The notes: a model not told the origin generated them from the letters alone. Shown: positions 11,404 to 24,656, numbered from the stretch's first letter. The stretch: DNA of 64,000 nucleotides from Octopus sinensis (GCF_006345805.1 NC_043002.1:93744001-93808000), one strand, 5' to 3'. Translations and numbers: made by a program.

Positions 11404-12796
11404 ATTCATTTGCCTTTGCCACAGCTTCTAACGCTGGAGATGTTACTATCGGTGTCAGCTGTTCACTACCAGTGAACTAAGCGTAACACCTCTTATTTTT
11501 CGAGCAGCTTCCGGAGTATTCGAGCCGTTCCAAGCAGTGCTGTTTTCTGCAAGTGCTCCACACTTATTGCAACCCCTATTTGTTCCATGTACTTCTCGAG
11601 ATTTATGCTCACTGTTCCCAGGGATCCGACAATTATTGGTACTACTGCTACCTTTTTCATCGACCACAACTGCTTAATTTACCAAGCTAACCTGTCATAT
11701 CTATCGACTTTTCTTTCTTCCTTATCGCATACCTTGTTGTCAGCTGGGCATATTATATCTGTGATCCAGCATAGTTTGTTTTCTTCTTCAATTAAGACTA
11801 TGTCTGGCTTCCTATTTTCTACCTCATGGTCACACTGAATCATAAAATTCCTTAAGATCTTTGCATTTCTATTTTCGACAATGCCTTCAGGTTTGTGGTC
11901 ATACCAGTTTTTTGCTCTGTCAAATTCATACTTGTTGCAAAGTGTCCAATGGACAAGCCTGGCTATATTGTTATGGTGTCTCTTATATTCCATCTGGGCT
12001 AGTGGTGTACATTGACTGGTAATATGCCATACGGTTTCACCGTTTTGTCCACAGATTCTGCAATTATCACTTTCTATTGTGTTATCTATTCTGTATTTTA
12101 TGTAGTTTGTTCTTAGTGCTTGCTCTTGGGCAGCACATATTAGAGCCTCTGTTTCCGGTTTAAAATTATTTTTAGTCATCCACAGCCATCTTTTTTCTCT
12201 GTCTGTCTTATCGTTAACATCCCTATGAAATTGACCATGCATTCTTTTCTCTACCCACTTTCAGTTTCATTCGTGTTCAATTTCTTGTACATTGCTTTAT
12301 ATTTGCAATCTTTTGGGTAGAGTGATCCATAACAAGTTAGCAACTCCCTTGTCTTTCTGTCTAAGCTGTTTAGTTCGTCAACTGTCCATGCGATTACCCC
12401 TGCTACATATCTAAGGAGTGAAACGGCCCAGGTGTTGATAGCTTCGATCTTATTCCGTCCGTTTAATTTCGACTTAAGGATCAGTCTCAGTCTGCGCAAG
12501 TACTCCACCTTAAATTTTTCTGTAATTTCTTTCTCCATCAATTTATCCATTTCCAAAGTCCCCAAGTACTTATAGATCGTCTCTTTTATCTCTTTCATAA
12601 CCTCCTCCGACGGTATCGTTAGCCCGTCCATACATTTAATTTTGCCTCTCTTCAAGACTAATACACCACACTTTCTCAGTTCCAACTCAATTCTGATAAC
12701 AACACTGAAGGTATACAGCGTATCAACGAGAGAACTGACTTGGGCTTCATCTTTACCATAAAGTTTGAGATCATCCATGAATAACAAATGGTTGAC

Positions 12797-12799
<3 letters not shown>
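11404..12799 (-). mobile_element. 5'-truncated R4/Dong-clade RLE non-LTR retrotransposon inserted in (AAT)n
   Basis: 'VNHLLFMDDLKLYGKD' (RT), CCHC 'CRICGQNGETVWHITSQC', RLE 'NRKPDIVLIE', C-terminus 'LQKTALLGTARILRKLL'. (ATT)n on both sides; apparent internal deletion near 12300. Confidence 0.9.
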
Positions 12800-12838
<39 letters not shown>

Positions 12839-12919
12839 GATTATTATTATTATTATCATTATCATTATATTATCATTTCATTATTATGAGTTTACTATTA
12901 TTATTATATATTATTATTA

Positions 12920-13051
<132 letters not shown>

Positions 13052-13339
13052 TCACTGATTGGAATCAAACTCGAAATCTTGGGGTTAGTAGACCGCGCTC
13101 TTAACCACTACGCCATATGCCCGTGGGCATAGATACCTGCCTAAAACGCCGCACGGTGGGACTGAACCCGAAATCACATGGTTGCAAAGTGAGCTTCTTA
13201 ACCGCATAACCATGCCTCCGGTTATGTAAGATATATCTTTTTTTTACGAATAAACATATATGGTTTAGCCCTCTGTGGATAGTAAACTAAATGGATACAC
13301 CTTAGGTTTTATCTCTTTGTGTGTTAAGCACAAAAAAGA

Positions 13340-13550
13340 AGTTAATCCGGACTCAGTCACATCTGCCAACGATAAAGGGCAATACTACATAGGGATGACA
13401 GAGGGCAAATTCAAACAACGCTACTTTAGCCAAATTTCGTTCTTCAAGCAAATAATGAATAAATAAGTAAAAATAAAAACAAGAACAAGAAATATTTGAA
13501 AAACTATATCTAGCGTTTAAAAAAGAAAATACTGATTTTGATAGTGTGGC
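13340..13550 (+). pseudogene. Penelope-like GIY-YIG endonuclease fragment
   Basis: 'KGQYYIGMTEGKFKQRY', similar to the GIY-YIG at 49682-50100. Confidence 0.55.
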
Positions 13551-13802
13551 CCTTAAACAATGCCCTGTGGGACACCACTCACTATTTGTGTTTCCTTAGA
13601 GATGACTCTACTATCTGGCTTCTAGCTTTCAAAAAGTCGTGTAACCACTCTCCAAATTTTTCGACTATGCCGTGATCACACAGCTTGTAACATATACCAT
13701 GGTGGACTTAAAGGCTTTTGCAAAGTCGAGATATATTACATCCGCATTTGAGTTGTTAAGCAGCTGCTTTAACATCCACCCACACATCCTCACGCATGCG
13801 AA

Positions 13803-13857
<55 letters not shown>

Positions 13858-13858
<1 letters not shown>

Positions 13859-14240
13859 CTCTTTTACTCTTTTACTCTTTTACTTGTTTCAGTCATTTGA
13901 CTGCGGCCATGCTGGAGCACCGCCTTTAATCGAGCAACTCGCTCAGTACTTATTCTATCGGTCTCTTTTGCCGAACCGCTTAGTAACGGGGACGTAAACA
14001 CACCAGCATCGGTTGTCAAGCAATGCTAGGGAGACAAACACAGACACACACACACACTCATATACATATCCATATATACGACGGGCTTCTTTCAGTTTCC
14101 GTCTACCAAATCCACTCATAGGACTTTGGTCGGCCCGAGGCTATAGTAGAAGACACTTGCCCAAGGTGCCACGCAGTGGGACTGAACCCGGAACCATGTG
14201 GTTGGTAAACAAGCCTACTTACACACAGCCACTCCTGCGC
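13858..14240 (-). mobile_element. SINE family A, full length
   Basis: Reverse complement homologous to 4435-4879. Confidence 0.9.
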
Positions 14241-14263
14241 TATATATATATATATAATATTAT

Positions 14264-14345
<82 letters not shown>

Positions 14346-14793
14346 GCATATATGCATCTACACACACACACAGCTGGATAGATACATGTATGTATATAGG
14401 TCAGAAAGATAAGTAGACGTTAATATGTACGTACAGAGTCATATGCTATATAGGTATACATACACGTTTATATGACCATACATATTTTTCTGTTCAGAGC
14501 CATGTAGAGGTCCGTACAGGAGTCAGATTAAGGTACCTGCCTCTTTTGCTAGTCATATACCCAACGTTATTTATATACGAAATTATTGCTTCATCTTGTC
14601 AGATGACAGCTGTGTCTTTCAACGTTCAGTTTAACTACTGTATGTGAGACGCCCATGTGCTCTGAGTTGGTTCTCAAGAGTAGCTGATGATTCACAAAGT
14701 TTAGAGAAAATATGACAAAAATAACTCAGTAATCTTTGGGTGTGTCAACAGATTGACAGACTTGTGTATATCTCTTTGCAGTCCAGGACTTAC

Positions 14794-14849
14794 GCCCCAT
14801 ACTGCACACTGCAACAGTATATTGCACCAAAGGAGTTAGAGACTGGTAT
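14794..14849 (-). CDS. Possible 56-nt coding exon of an unknown host gene
   Basis: CTGCAG| acceptor and |GTAAGT donor in non-repetitive-looking DNA; two frames open. Weak pyrimidine tract and no recognised homology. Confidence 0.15.
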
Positions 14850-15162
14850 CTGCAGATTGTTTCCGTGTATGTGTGTAATTTTATAAGATTAATAAAGCTT
14901 TCTTTCGAGAACATATCCACAAGTATCGCACTTACAGTTCTTCAGATCAACAGTTAAGTTTGGAATAGTGCACAGTTAACGTGATATATTTAATGCATCC
15001 TTTATCAAAAAAATGCTGCATCCTTTCAAGATGGAATGTCGTCACTCAATCCTATTTACAGCTCTTCTCAATCCTTCACATTTATCGCTAGGTATTTCGT
15101 ATTGTATTTTAGGCAGCCTTTGTATCATTTTACAGGTTTCCTTTGTGGACGTTTCAACAGTC

Positions 15163-15322
15163 ATAGGTGTGGCTGTGTGGTAAATAGCTTGCTTACCAAC
15201 CACATGGTTCCGAGTTCAGTCCCACTGCGTGGAACCTTGGGCAAGTGTCTTCTACTATAACCTCGGGTCGACCAAATCCTTGTGAGTGGATTTAGCAGCC
15301 GGAAACTGAAAGAAGTCCGTCG
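15163..15322 (+). mobile_element. SINE family A head
   Basis: Homologous to 4435-4597, followed by (TA)n. Confidence 0.85.
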
Positions 15323-15324
15323 TA

Positions 15325-15392
<68 letters not shown>

Positions 15393-15399
15393 CATTATA

Positions 15400-15598
15400 T
15401 TGAGGGTACTACTATTCGTAGATACCAACACGCTAAGAGGGACCAATGCGGTCAAACACTAAAAAATAAACAAAATTTACCGAATGCAAAACTGATGTGT
15501 TTGAAGTTTTGCATCGGTAAAATTTTGTTATTTTTAGTAGTTTTGACCGCATTGGTCCCTCTTAGCGTGTTGGTATCTACGAATAGTAGTACCCTCAA
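15400..15598. mobile_element. Foldback MITE, about 100-bp arms and 11-nt loop
   Basis: 15394-15493 is reverse-complementary to 15505-15604; the outer 63 bp match perfectly. TA or ATAT flanks. Confidence 0.85.
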
Positions 15599-15706
15599 TA
15601 TAATATAAATGAATATTTTCAAAGAGGAAGAATTTACGGATTTTTTCTCTACGAGGTTTTTCACGCTGACTACTGATAATTCTTTTAAAGATTTTATCCT
15701 CAATTG

Positions 15707-15762
<56 letters not shown>

Positions 15763-15784
15763 CTATATATATATATATATTATA

Positions 15785-15825
<41 letters not shown>

Positions 15826-15839
15826 GAAATTCAATATTT

Positions 15840-15878
<39 letters not shown>

Positions 15879-15879
15879 G

Positions 15880-15910
<31 letters not shown>

Positions 15911-15919
15911 TGCGTGTGT

Positions 15920-16227
15920 GGAGGCGCAATGGCCTAGTGGTTAGGGCAGCGGACTCGCGGTCGTAGGATCGCGGTTTCGATTCCTAGACCGGGCGTTGTG
16001 AGTGTTTATTGAGCAAAAACACCGAAAAGCTCCACGACGCTCCGGCAGGGGGTGGTGATCCCTGCTGTACTCTTTCACCACAACTTTCTCTCACTCTTTC
16101 TTCTGTTGGCCTGCTCGCTTAGCCAGCGGGGTGGCATCATTTGAAGGCTAAAACAATGCGAACGCATTGTGACCAGCGATGTGTAACTACATCTGATAGC
16201 CTGGTCGGTCACGGTGATCACGGTGAT
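15920..16227 (+). mobile_element. tRNA-derived SINE family C, full length
   Basis: A box TGGCCTAGTGG, B box GGTTTCGATTCC, (CACGGTGAT)2 tail. Confidence 0.82.
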
Positions 16228-16254
16228 ATATGTGTGTATGTGTGTGTGTGTATG

Positions 16255-16420
16255 TTTGTGTGTCTGTGTTTACGTCCCCGTAAATTAGCGGTTCGGCAAA
16301 ACCGATAGAATAAGTACTAGACTTACAAAGAATAAGCCCTGGGGTCGATTTGGTCGACTAAAGGCAGTGCTTCAGCATGGCCACAGTCATATGACTGAAG
16401 TAAGTAAAATAGTAAAAGAA
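16255..16420 (+). mobile_element. SINE family A tail
   Basis: Homologous to 4670-4860. Confidence 0.8.
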
Positions 16421-17126
16421 TCCAGTTTGCTGCAGAAAAGTTGTTTCAGGAGTCGTTCATTATTCATCTGCGGTGCCCCAGCATGGCCACAGCTCAAGAG
16501 CTGAAACTGGAAAACATAAACATAAATACAAATACACATTGCGATAATACATATATATCTAACAAATGGATGTTTAGATACAAATATATGGTTGCAATTT
16601 TTGTCATAAGGTAAGCAATTTTAGGGAAGTGAGCAAGTCGATTGCATCGGCCCCAGTCGATTGCATCAAGCCCGAATGATGAAAGGCAAAGTCGACCTCG
16701 GCGGAAGCAATACCGCAAAGTATTTTGTTCGACGCTCTAACAGTTCTGCCATCACGTCGCCTTATAAGTACAAATAAATGGACATACATATTGATGTATA
16801 CTCACAGTGATAGACATACGCACGCGTATGCGTATACAGATATTCGTCGACATATACAGATTGACGCAGAATCAGAGGCACATACACATACAGAGATCTC
16901 ATCATGTACGGATCTACACACACATACAGATGTATTGTATAGATGGATATATACACAGTAGTATTTATATATATATATGTGTGTGTATGTGTGCGTGTGT
17001 GCGTGTGTGTGTATGTGTGTGTGTGTGTAAATGCATTACTTACGGCATTGAGTTATTCCTTTGCCCTCTCCGAAAGGGACGTAACTAAACACCCTTCTTC
17101 TATCTAATGTTGTTAAATATTTGTTT

Positions 17127-17550
17127 GGAAATTTTCGGTTTGAACGGCAGTTTTTTCTAGCGGTGTCATGTGAAATTGTCACCCATAATTATGACCCTGG
17201 TATCGATCTATTGCATTTCAATCTGTTTCAGGGTTAGGGTTAGTTAGGGTTAGGGGTGGGGGGAAGGGTATCTTTTTTTCTTCACAAATGTAAATAAACC
17301 CAATCTGTTTCTTAAACGAGGGACATATTCATACGGCACAGAATGTTTTTTTTACCTCAATAGACGTCATGATTGGTTGAAATTGCAGAAATTGAAGAAA
17401 AAAAAACAACAAATATCTTACAACTATAGAATTTTCTCAATAAAGCCAAGAGAAAAAGATTTTATAAACACATTCTACAGTATATGAAGTTTAAAATTTT
17501 TAGTTACCTAGAAATTATGCTAAAAACTGCCGTTCGAACCGAAAAGATCC
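17127..17550. mobile_element. MITE with about 30-bp TIRs and internal TTAGGG motifs
   Basis: GGAAATTTTCGGTTTGAACGGCAGTTTTT versus reverse complement GGATCTTTTCGGTTCGAACGGCAGTTTTT; TT on both flanks; CAGGGTTAGGGTTAGTTAGGGTTAGGG at 17229-17255. Confidence 0.7.
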
Positions 17551-17765
17551 TTGGTTTTTTTTCTTAGGCAAAATACAGTATATTTAGTGATATTGTTGTT
17601 TAAACTGACTTAAGGTCATCACTTAATTCAGTGGCCAGGGAACTTTTTTAACCAATTACCCCCAAATATATTTATTTACACTGACGTTACCCCCTCGATT
17701 CGAAAGGAAGAAAATCATAGATTCTTTGAATTCAAAAGGTTTATGGAAATCTATTTATATCGAGA

Positions 17766-18616
17766 CTAGCAGAATTGCCCGGCGTTGCTCGGGGCTGAAT
17801 TGCTTGAAAGTACTGTTAATGATTGCACTGAATTATGATGATTATTCAGGCAAATATTGATATAAGTTTACGGTGGGAGATAAGGACTTAACGATCAAAC
17901 GTGTGCCATTGCATTGTTTGGGGGGAACCAAATTTCTGATGAGCATTATAGGGGCACCAACTTTATTTGAGAAAGTGTGGTGGTAGTCCCGGGTGCTCAA
18001 AGGAATTGAGTACCTCTATTGGATAGTTGATGACGTCCTCTGGTCAGGAGTTGTATCGATAGACCGATATACATAGACTTCCCCAGGAATGAGTTTTAGC
18101 ATTTCATCATTATGGGTGAACAGTTTTATTCCTCGGGGCCAGTATAGCCTTTTTGCCAATCCAATCCATATTCTGATAATTAGCTTGTAGATCTGGGAAC
18201 ACTGCATCTCTGAGATCAGAAGGCGTCTTAACAATGGTACAAATGGAATCGATGGCAATATTACCATTTTCATCCCCTGTTATTTTGCCTTTGCCAAGTG
18301 CAAGGAGGGTGTGAGGAAATGCTGCTGATGTGATTACATCGCCATCGCCATCGCATATGAGCACGCATATTGGTGTGAAGTTTGAGAGTTACTTCCCTTT
18401 ATTTAAAAAAATATGCATTAAAATGGAAAAAAAATGATGGTAAATTATTTGTAAAATCATAGACTCATCGTAGACGCGCGCTAATACCCAGAAGGGCTCA
18501 ATATGAATCACGACTATAAGATACCCGGTTTTGGTTAAACTGCATCGCAAAATGTGGGAGTAGTTAGGAATCTAAATCGGAGTAGAACAGAAACACACCT
18601 TTCTTTTATATAAATA
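17766..18616 (-). mobile_element. Internally deleted Helitron retaining part of the RepHel Pif1-like helicase
   Basis: 3' end hairpin CCCGAGCAACGCCGGG plus CTAG|T. Minus strand 'HTNMRAH...LLALGKG...AILAPRN', 'YPIEVLNSFEHPGLPPH', 'VGAPIMLIRNL..KQCNGTRLIVKSL'. Confidence 0.88.
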
Positions 18617-18739
18617 TTTTCGTCCTAAAAAACTTTGTATGGATTGAATGGTTACCTCTATGGAAATATATACACGCATATTATACATACATGTGTGTAT
18701 AGATGAATATATAAATACATTTAAATATCTATATACACT

Positions 18740-19420
18740 TTTGGGCGATCTTTCTGTTTCTTAGAGATAACTTTATCCCGTCCGATTCGCTCCAAAATTT
18801 ACAGGGACATGTAGAATGAGGTGACGATGCTCGTGGTCTACCTTAGAAATCCCATCTTAAAAGGTGTGGTTGGCTAGGGGCCATCTTCCTCACTCACCCT
18901 ATTTCCTCCAGTACCCTATCACTCCTCTTCATTTGACAAGCCACTACAGTTATTTAATGTAAAGTCTTCCTCAAATCACTCTCTCGCTATTTACTCTCTT
19001 CCAAGAACATTTTCACTCACTCTTATCTCTTAGCTTCCCATACATTTTACTCATGTATCTATCAGCGTCATAGACAGAAACAAATATTACATCGCCATCG
19101 CCATCGCCATCGCATTCTATTGTCTACCTGTCAACACACACACAGTGAATTACTTTCACTTTATTCGTTGCACACTGTGTGTGTGCGTGTGCGTGTGCTG
19201 TAACCCACACTAAGAAAAGCATTTGACTTATACACCACAATGTGAGTTTTCTCTAAATTTTGCTTAATTGGGGTTGAAATTTTTAAAAGTGGACTTGGCA
19301 AGACCCGATGCATTCTACTCTTAAAAATGCTAGGTAAATTGTAATTGAAGAAATCCTATATTGTAGATTTCTATAAGAGACGAAGGGAGGCAGATAAAAT
19401 CTGCCTTTTATAATAAGAGA
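18740..19420 (-). mobile_element. Probable second non-autonomous Helitron family (5' portion)
   Basis: A|TCTCTTATTATAAAAGG 5'-end signature at 19420; shares ATTACATCGCCATCGCCATCGC with 18333-18356. No 3' CTAG of its own found. Confidence 0.45.
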
Positions 19421-19556
19421 TTACAAATTATAAATTTGATAGTACAAAACATACACGATAAAATAAATCAATATCCTCATATAAAAAACAAAAGGATTTT
19501 TCAAGAAACTATTTCGCTTTACGTTTTGGAGAAATGATGTTTCATTTTTGTTAGAA

Positions 19557-19931
19557 CTAGCAGTATCGCCCGGCGTTGCTCGGGATTTGTAGGGAAATAA
19601 CTATATAAGCATTTTTAGAGAATTATAGCAAAAAAATAGCAAAAAAATGCTGGTAAATTTTTTAAAAATCGTTGACTCATCGCAGACATTTTTAGAGAGT
19701 TACTTCCCTTATATAATAGCGAAAAAATGCATTAAAATGGAAAAAAATGATGGTGAATTTTTTTTAAATCGTAGACTCATTGTAGACGCGCGCTAATACC
19801 CAGAAGGGCTTGATATGAATCACGACTATAAGATACCCGGTTTTTGGTTAAACTGCACCGCAAAATGTGGGAGTAGTTAGGAATCTAAATCGTAGGAGAC
19901 AGACACACAACTTCACTTTTATATATAAAGA
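19557..19931 (-). mobile_element. Non-autonomous Helitron
   Basis: A|TC...hairpin...CTAG|T termini; homologous to 30479-30872 and 47510-47904. Confidence 0.88.
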
Positions 19932-20317
19932 TTACATCAACATTGGGGCATTTTGAAGCCAGAACAATTTGGATACAGTCCCTGGGATCCAATAAATTTT
20001 GTTAACTAGTTGAATTGAATAACTACTTAAATCTACTTAAAAAACACTTGTGATAAAAAATAAGGTTAATGCGAGTACTGAATAATGACAAATAATGCCT
20101 GTTTAGTCAGTAGACAACGCCTAAGCAACCAAATTGTTTGTAGTTCTAAACACGTTCATTACGTTGGACAGATGCAGTGTTGCAACTTTTTTATAGTTTG
20201 TTTTATAGTTTTAATTCTAAAGATACTTTCTTCAAAATTCCTATTTTGTTAATCACTCATTCACTTGCATAGGTTGGACAATGTAATATGTCAGAGAAAG
20301 AAATCCAGGTGTTTCTT

Positions 20318-20513
20318 ATTTCTTTACTGCCACAAGGGGCTAAACATAGAGGGAACAAACAAGGACAGACAAACAGATTAAGTCGATTATATCGACCCCA
20401 GTGCGTAACTGGTACTTATTTAATCGACCCCGAAAGGATGAAAGGCAAAGTCAACCTCGGCGGAATTTGAACGTTTCGCCCGGGGTGCTAACGACTCTGC
20501 CAGCTCGCCGCTT
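20318..20513 (-). mobile_element. SINE family B with internal deletion
   Basis: Reverse complement homologous to 58359-58589. Confidence 0.85.
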
Positions 20514-20738
20514 TAATGTCTCCTATATAATATGATGATTCTCCTTTGTAGCTCTCTCTTATAGCATGATGATTTTAGTATATAATACGATGTTTCGTTA
20601 ATAAAAAATTGATGGTTGTCCTATATTATATGATTGTTCTCCCAAATATTATGATGATTGTCATAAATAATATGTTTCGCCAATATAAAATGATAGTTCT
20701 AAATAATAAGATGGCTCATCGATAAAATAGGGTCGTAT

Positions 20739-21800
20739 CAGTGTTTCTAAAACCTTTTCGGGCTACTACTCCCTTTTAGAGCTTATAGTTCATCAGCGTC
20801 CACATAAAGTTGCTTGAAATGATACATTAAAAAATTAAATTGAATATTCTATATTTGAACATTTATTATATATTATATATTTATTATATAACCAAAGACA
20901 TAATTGTAAATAAAAAGTATTAAAAAGTTAATGATGAGGTGAAGCTAACTTTTCTAAATCTGACTCAATATTTGCAATCAGTTTCTTTAATCCCTAATCT
21001 ATTTGACTATTTGTAGATTTTTTGTATAGTAAATGAATCATAGCGCCACTAAACCATGTTCATTTGACGATAAAAACGTAATTAGGAACAACAGCCATTC
21101 ATCCACGATAAAAAATTGTAGTTTGCTTTCCTAATTTACTTGATACTCATTCTTAAGTTTCAGTTAGAAGGCTTCCAGTCAATTCTTGTAATCTCATTTT
21201 TGATTCCTCAACATTTATAAATGGCTCTAAGACTCACTATAGAATCTTTGCATCGGGAATATTTTTAAATTGTTGGAAGAAGTCCTAATATAATATTTTC
21301 AAATTTCGTGTATTTTTGTCATTTCATTGAGCACAGACTTTTGAACTGGTAAAACTTTTGAACTGGTAAATCTCCAGATTGCGTTTGAAAAGAATAAGCT
21401 TCGAAACAAACATATAACAGCTTTCATTTTCATCATATTCACTTGAGGTTATTTTTGCCATTGAAAAATGATTTCATTAAACTCGAAATATAAATCTGAA
21501 ATATAAGGTCTGTCGATTTTGAAATCAAGTTGTCTCACAAAAAACATCCCCAACTTTTTTTAGATAATTAAAAAAAACTGGCAAGTACGACCAAAAGGAA
21601 CAGCTTGTGTGTAGACGATGAGATAAAGCCAAATCTTAAGCATTCAATTTACAACAGGTGTTTCTTTAATTTCATTCTGCCATGAGTACATTCATATATA
21701 GGTATTATTATTCATTAAATAAGGTCATGTTGTCCCTGTGCTTAGCGCAAATGGCAGTTTTATGAGCAGCTATTAATGTGAATTTCTTGCTCTTTGCCTC
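20739..21800 (-). mobile_element. hAT (Buster/Charlie, SCAND3-like) transposase 3' relic with terminal repeat
   Basis: CAGTGTTTCTAAAACCTTTT terminus at 20739. Minus-strand remnants 'PYISDLYFEFNE', 'VNMMKMKAVI', 'EPFINVEES', 'IESDLEKLASPH'. Confidence 0.55.
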
Positions 21801-22868
21801 CCCCACGCCATCATCCCTCTCTCTACCATCCTATCACCTTTCATAGCACCCTCAATGAAGTGGGAGTGCCCACTTTGGGAATCACACAGAAACACACACA
21901 CACACACAGACACACACACACACACACAAATAAAAATCGATGTCCATTAAAACATTTTTGTATAGAAAAAGGGTAATATATAGGTATAAGGTAATGTATG
22001 GGTGGGGTGGGGGTGGCTGGATTACTACTATATAGGCTCTACGAAAAATTATATAAAATGCAGGATAACCGACCATGAAAGCACTTTTAGAGATAAGAGA
22101 AAAGAAGCTAGCACTAGTTTAAGTAAATAAATTTGGGCAATTGAGGATATAAATAAGGACTGCAGGTTGAAGTGAGAGGTAATTAGCAAAATCTTATAGC
22201 ATTGAGAGCAAAAGGTATGATTTGTGCGTAGAGGAAATTTTTCAGATCATTACATCCAAGCACAAATTAATCAACAATAAGAGAGAAAGATTTTGTTGCC
22301 CACACAAGATTAAATATACGCTGGAAAGTAGTATGACCTAGTTCTTCAGAATTGCAACTAGCCATTGTCCATTATGGTCGTAGTTTAATCTCTAGCTATC
22401 TTTAGAACGAAATCCAAAGACGCACATGCAAACGCATACACACATTTTAAATTCATACCTTTTAAATTTATAATGCAATTTTAATTGTAAAATATGAATG
22501 AAGGTGAGAAACTGAAACGTGCGTAGGTGACATGAAGTTCATTATTATATAAATAAATTTATTTCTGTGTTCACACTCTCCATTTTCTTTATATCATATT
22601 AAAATTCTGTTCCCGTATATCAGGTAGATGAAAACATCTATAATAACAACTGAGACTTCATAAGTGTAAAGTACTGATGTCGAAGAAGAACCATCAATAA
22701 GAACTAATACTAACACAAATTAAGAATTCCCGGGAAAATAATTGATACAGAGCTAAACGGTTACGCTGGATGAAATACATTCCTGAGGAAGAGCAAAACT
22801 CTTCCCATTCGAAACCAAACACACACACACCACAAACACATATACACACACACTTCATAATACACAAT

Positions 22869-22907
<39 letters not shown>

Positions 22908-22934
22908 CACACACACATACACAAGAATGATATA

Positions 22935-22977
<43 letters not shown>

Positions 22978-23049
22978 TAAACACGCATATATAACATACA
23001 CATATATATGGGTGAACTCTCCGTCGGTTTCGACTTCTATGGGGGATCC

Positions 23050-23762
23050 GACAGCCTACCCTTCTTTGTCAGTCATAATGTTTATGTCAAATGTGACATT
23101 TTGATCCCGTCAACAATTTGCAAAAAAGCCCACAGATCCTGCAAATATAAGGACTACAGGTTAGTGTAGGTGGTATATTTCCAGTCGCTTTTTTCCTTTG
23201 CCTTGCACCCCAAAGCCTGTTAATGCTGGTTACAACAAAATTTTAAATACCATTTTGACGCAACGATCTCCATTTTGTTCGTACCAAGGCTGTTCGTTCA
23301 AAGGTGTTGTGAGCTATCTTCATTTCTAAGAGGTTACTCTTCAGATTGAACTTATATCTGAGCCATGGTCGACCAAAATCCTTCCCGCTCTCAAGCTGGC
23401 TGTAAATGGGAATTTGGGTATTCTTTCGTTCACTCATTCTTACGACATGGCCAGCCCAGCACAATTGTGATAGTATAGGAATTCTCGATCCACCAATCTT
23501 ACAAACTTGCTGAAAACAGGTCGGCATTAGAGATATCGTCTTTAGTGAATATCGCATATTGTCCCCAGACAGCTTTGGAAGATGTCTAGTTGGTACTGTG
23601 CGTTTATAAGGTATCCACGGATTCTGAGCTATAAAGAGAGTAGTAAGAATGAGCTTAAGACCTGTACTTGGTGTCAAGCTGATAGCCCTTTCATTCCATA
23701 GGCATTGGCCAAAGTGCCAAATGCGTTGGTTGCCTTTGCAAAAGATTGACCGATTTCACCGA
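23050..23762 (-). mobile_element. 5'-truncated RTE-clade LINE 3' end
   Basis: 'AKATNAFGTL', 'QLCWAGHVVRMSE', 'GRPWLRYK..LKSNL', 'RTKWRSL', terminal 'FICRICG' zinc ribbon. Confidence 0.8.
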
Positions 23763-23823
23763 TATGTATATATATATATATATATATATAATTATAATTA
23801 TAGTATATATAATATATATATAT

Positions 23824-24497
23824 AATTAAAAATGAGGGTGTCTAAAAGACACCAACATGCCGAAATAGCAGTCGAAATTCTGACTATAAAACACGTTAAA
23901 TGTTCATATCGTACCATGAGGTAAAGCGTTTTAGTGTTAAAATTTTTTTTAAACTTTGTAAGGTATTTCTTTCAGCTGGCCACTAGATAATTTTGATACT
24001 TAAATATCGATATTATCCTCATATAAATTTATATAATTCGTTATTATATTCATGCGGTGCTTATTTTAACCATATCGTGATTATGCGGTGATTTGGCGGC
24101 GATTCAACTGGCTGTGTTCATACGTGCATATGTATGTATGTACGACGCTCGTGTGTGTAAGTATATCGTTTGCTGTGCATATATATCTGATTTATGTACC
24201 CGATATATTCAATTGATGACGGTAAAGCTTATTTAAAGCAGAACCAGAAATCCTTGGATCTTGAATTATTCAATAATTTTTGCTTGTATGTTTTGTCCCT
24301 CCGCTTTACCTCATGGTACGATATGAACATTTAACGTGGTTTTATAGTCAGAATTTCGACTGCTATTTCGGCATGTTGGTGTCTTTTAGACACCCTCATT
24401 TTTAATTGTTAAAATTTTTTTTACCTTGTAAGGTATTTCTTTCATGCTGGCCACTAGATAATTTTATACTAAATATCGATATTATCCTCATATATAA

Positions 24498-24501
<4 letters not shown>
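23824..24501. repeat. Inverted-plus-direct repeat cassette (A-B-C-A'-B) containing a hammerhead motif; PLE pLTR-like
   Basis: 23824-23928 is the reverse complement of 24302-24407 (one indel); 23935-24030 is about the same as 24407-24501. Confidence 0.75.
24207..24266 (+). ncRNA. Type I hammerhead motif with C3U change
   Basis: AUUCAA-UUGAUGA-CGGU...ACCA-GAAA-UCC UU GGA-UC^UUGAAU: perfect 6-bp helix I, 4-bp helix III. Confidence 0.65.
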
Positions 24502-24590
<89 letters not shown>

Positions 24591-24602
24591 TATATACATA
24601 TA

Positions 24603-24656
<54 letters not shown>

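Noticed and set aside
17229-17255. Telomere or chromosome-fusion site
   Set aside because: Only about four imperfect units, located inside a MITE.
20745-20800. Minus-strand CUGAUGA...GAAA
   Set aside because: No coherent helices, and it lies in the hAT subterminal region.
22776-22816. Hammerhead candidate CAUUC-CUGAGGA-AGAG/CUCU...GAAACC
   Set aside because: Eight extra nucleotides lie before GAAA, and the 3' half is replaced by (CA)n; at most a truncated relic.
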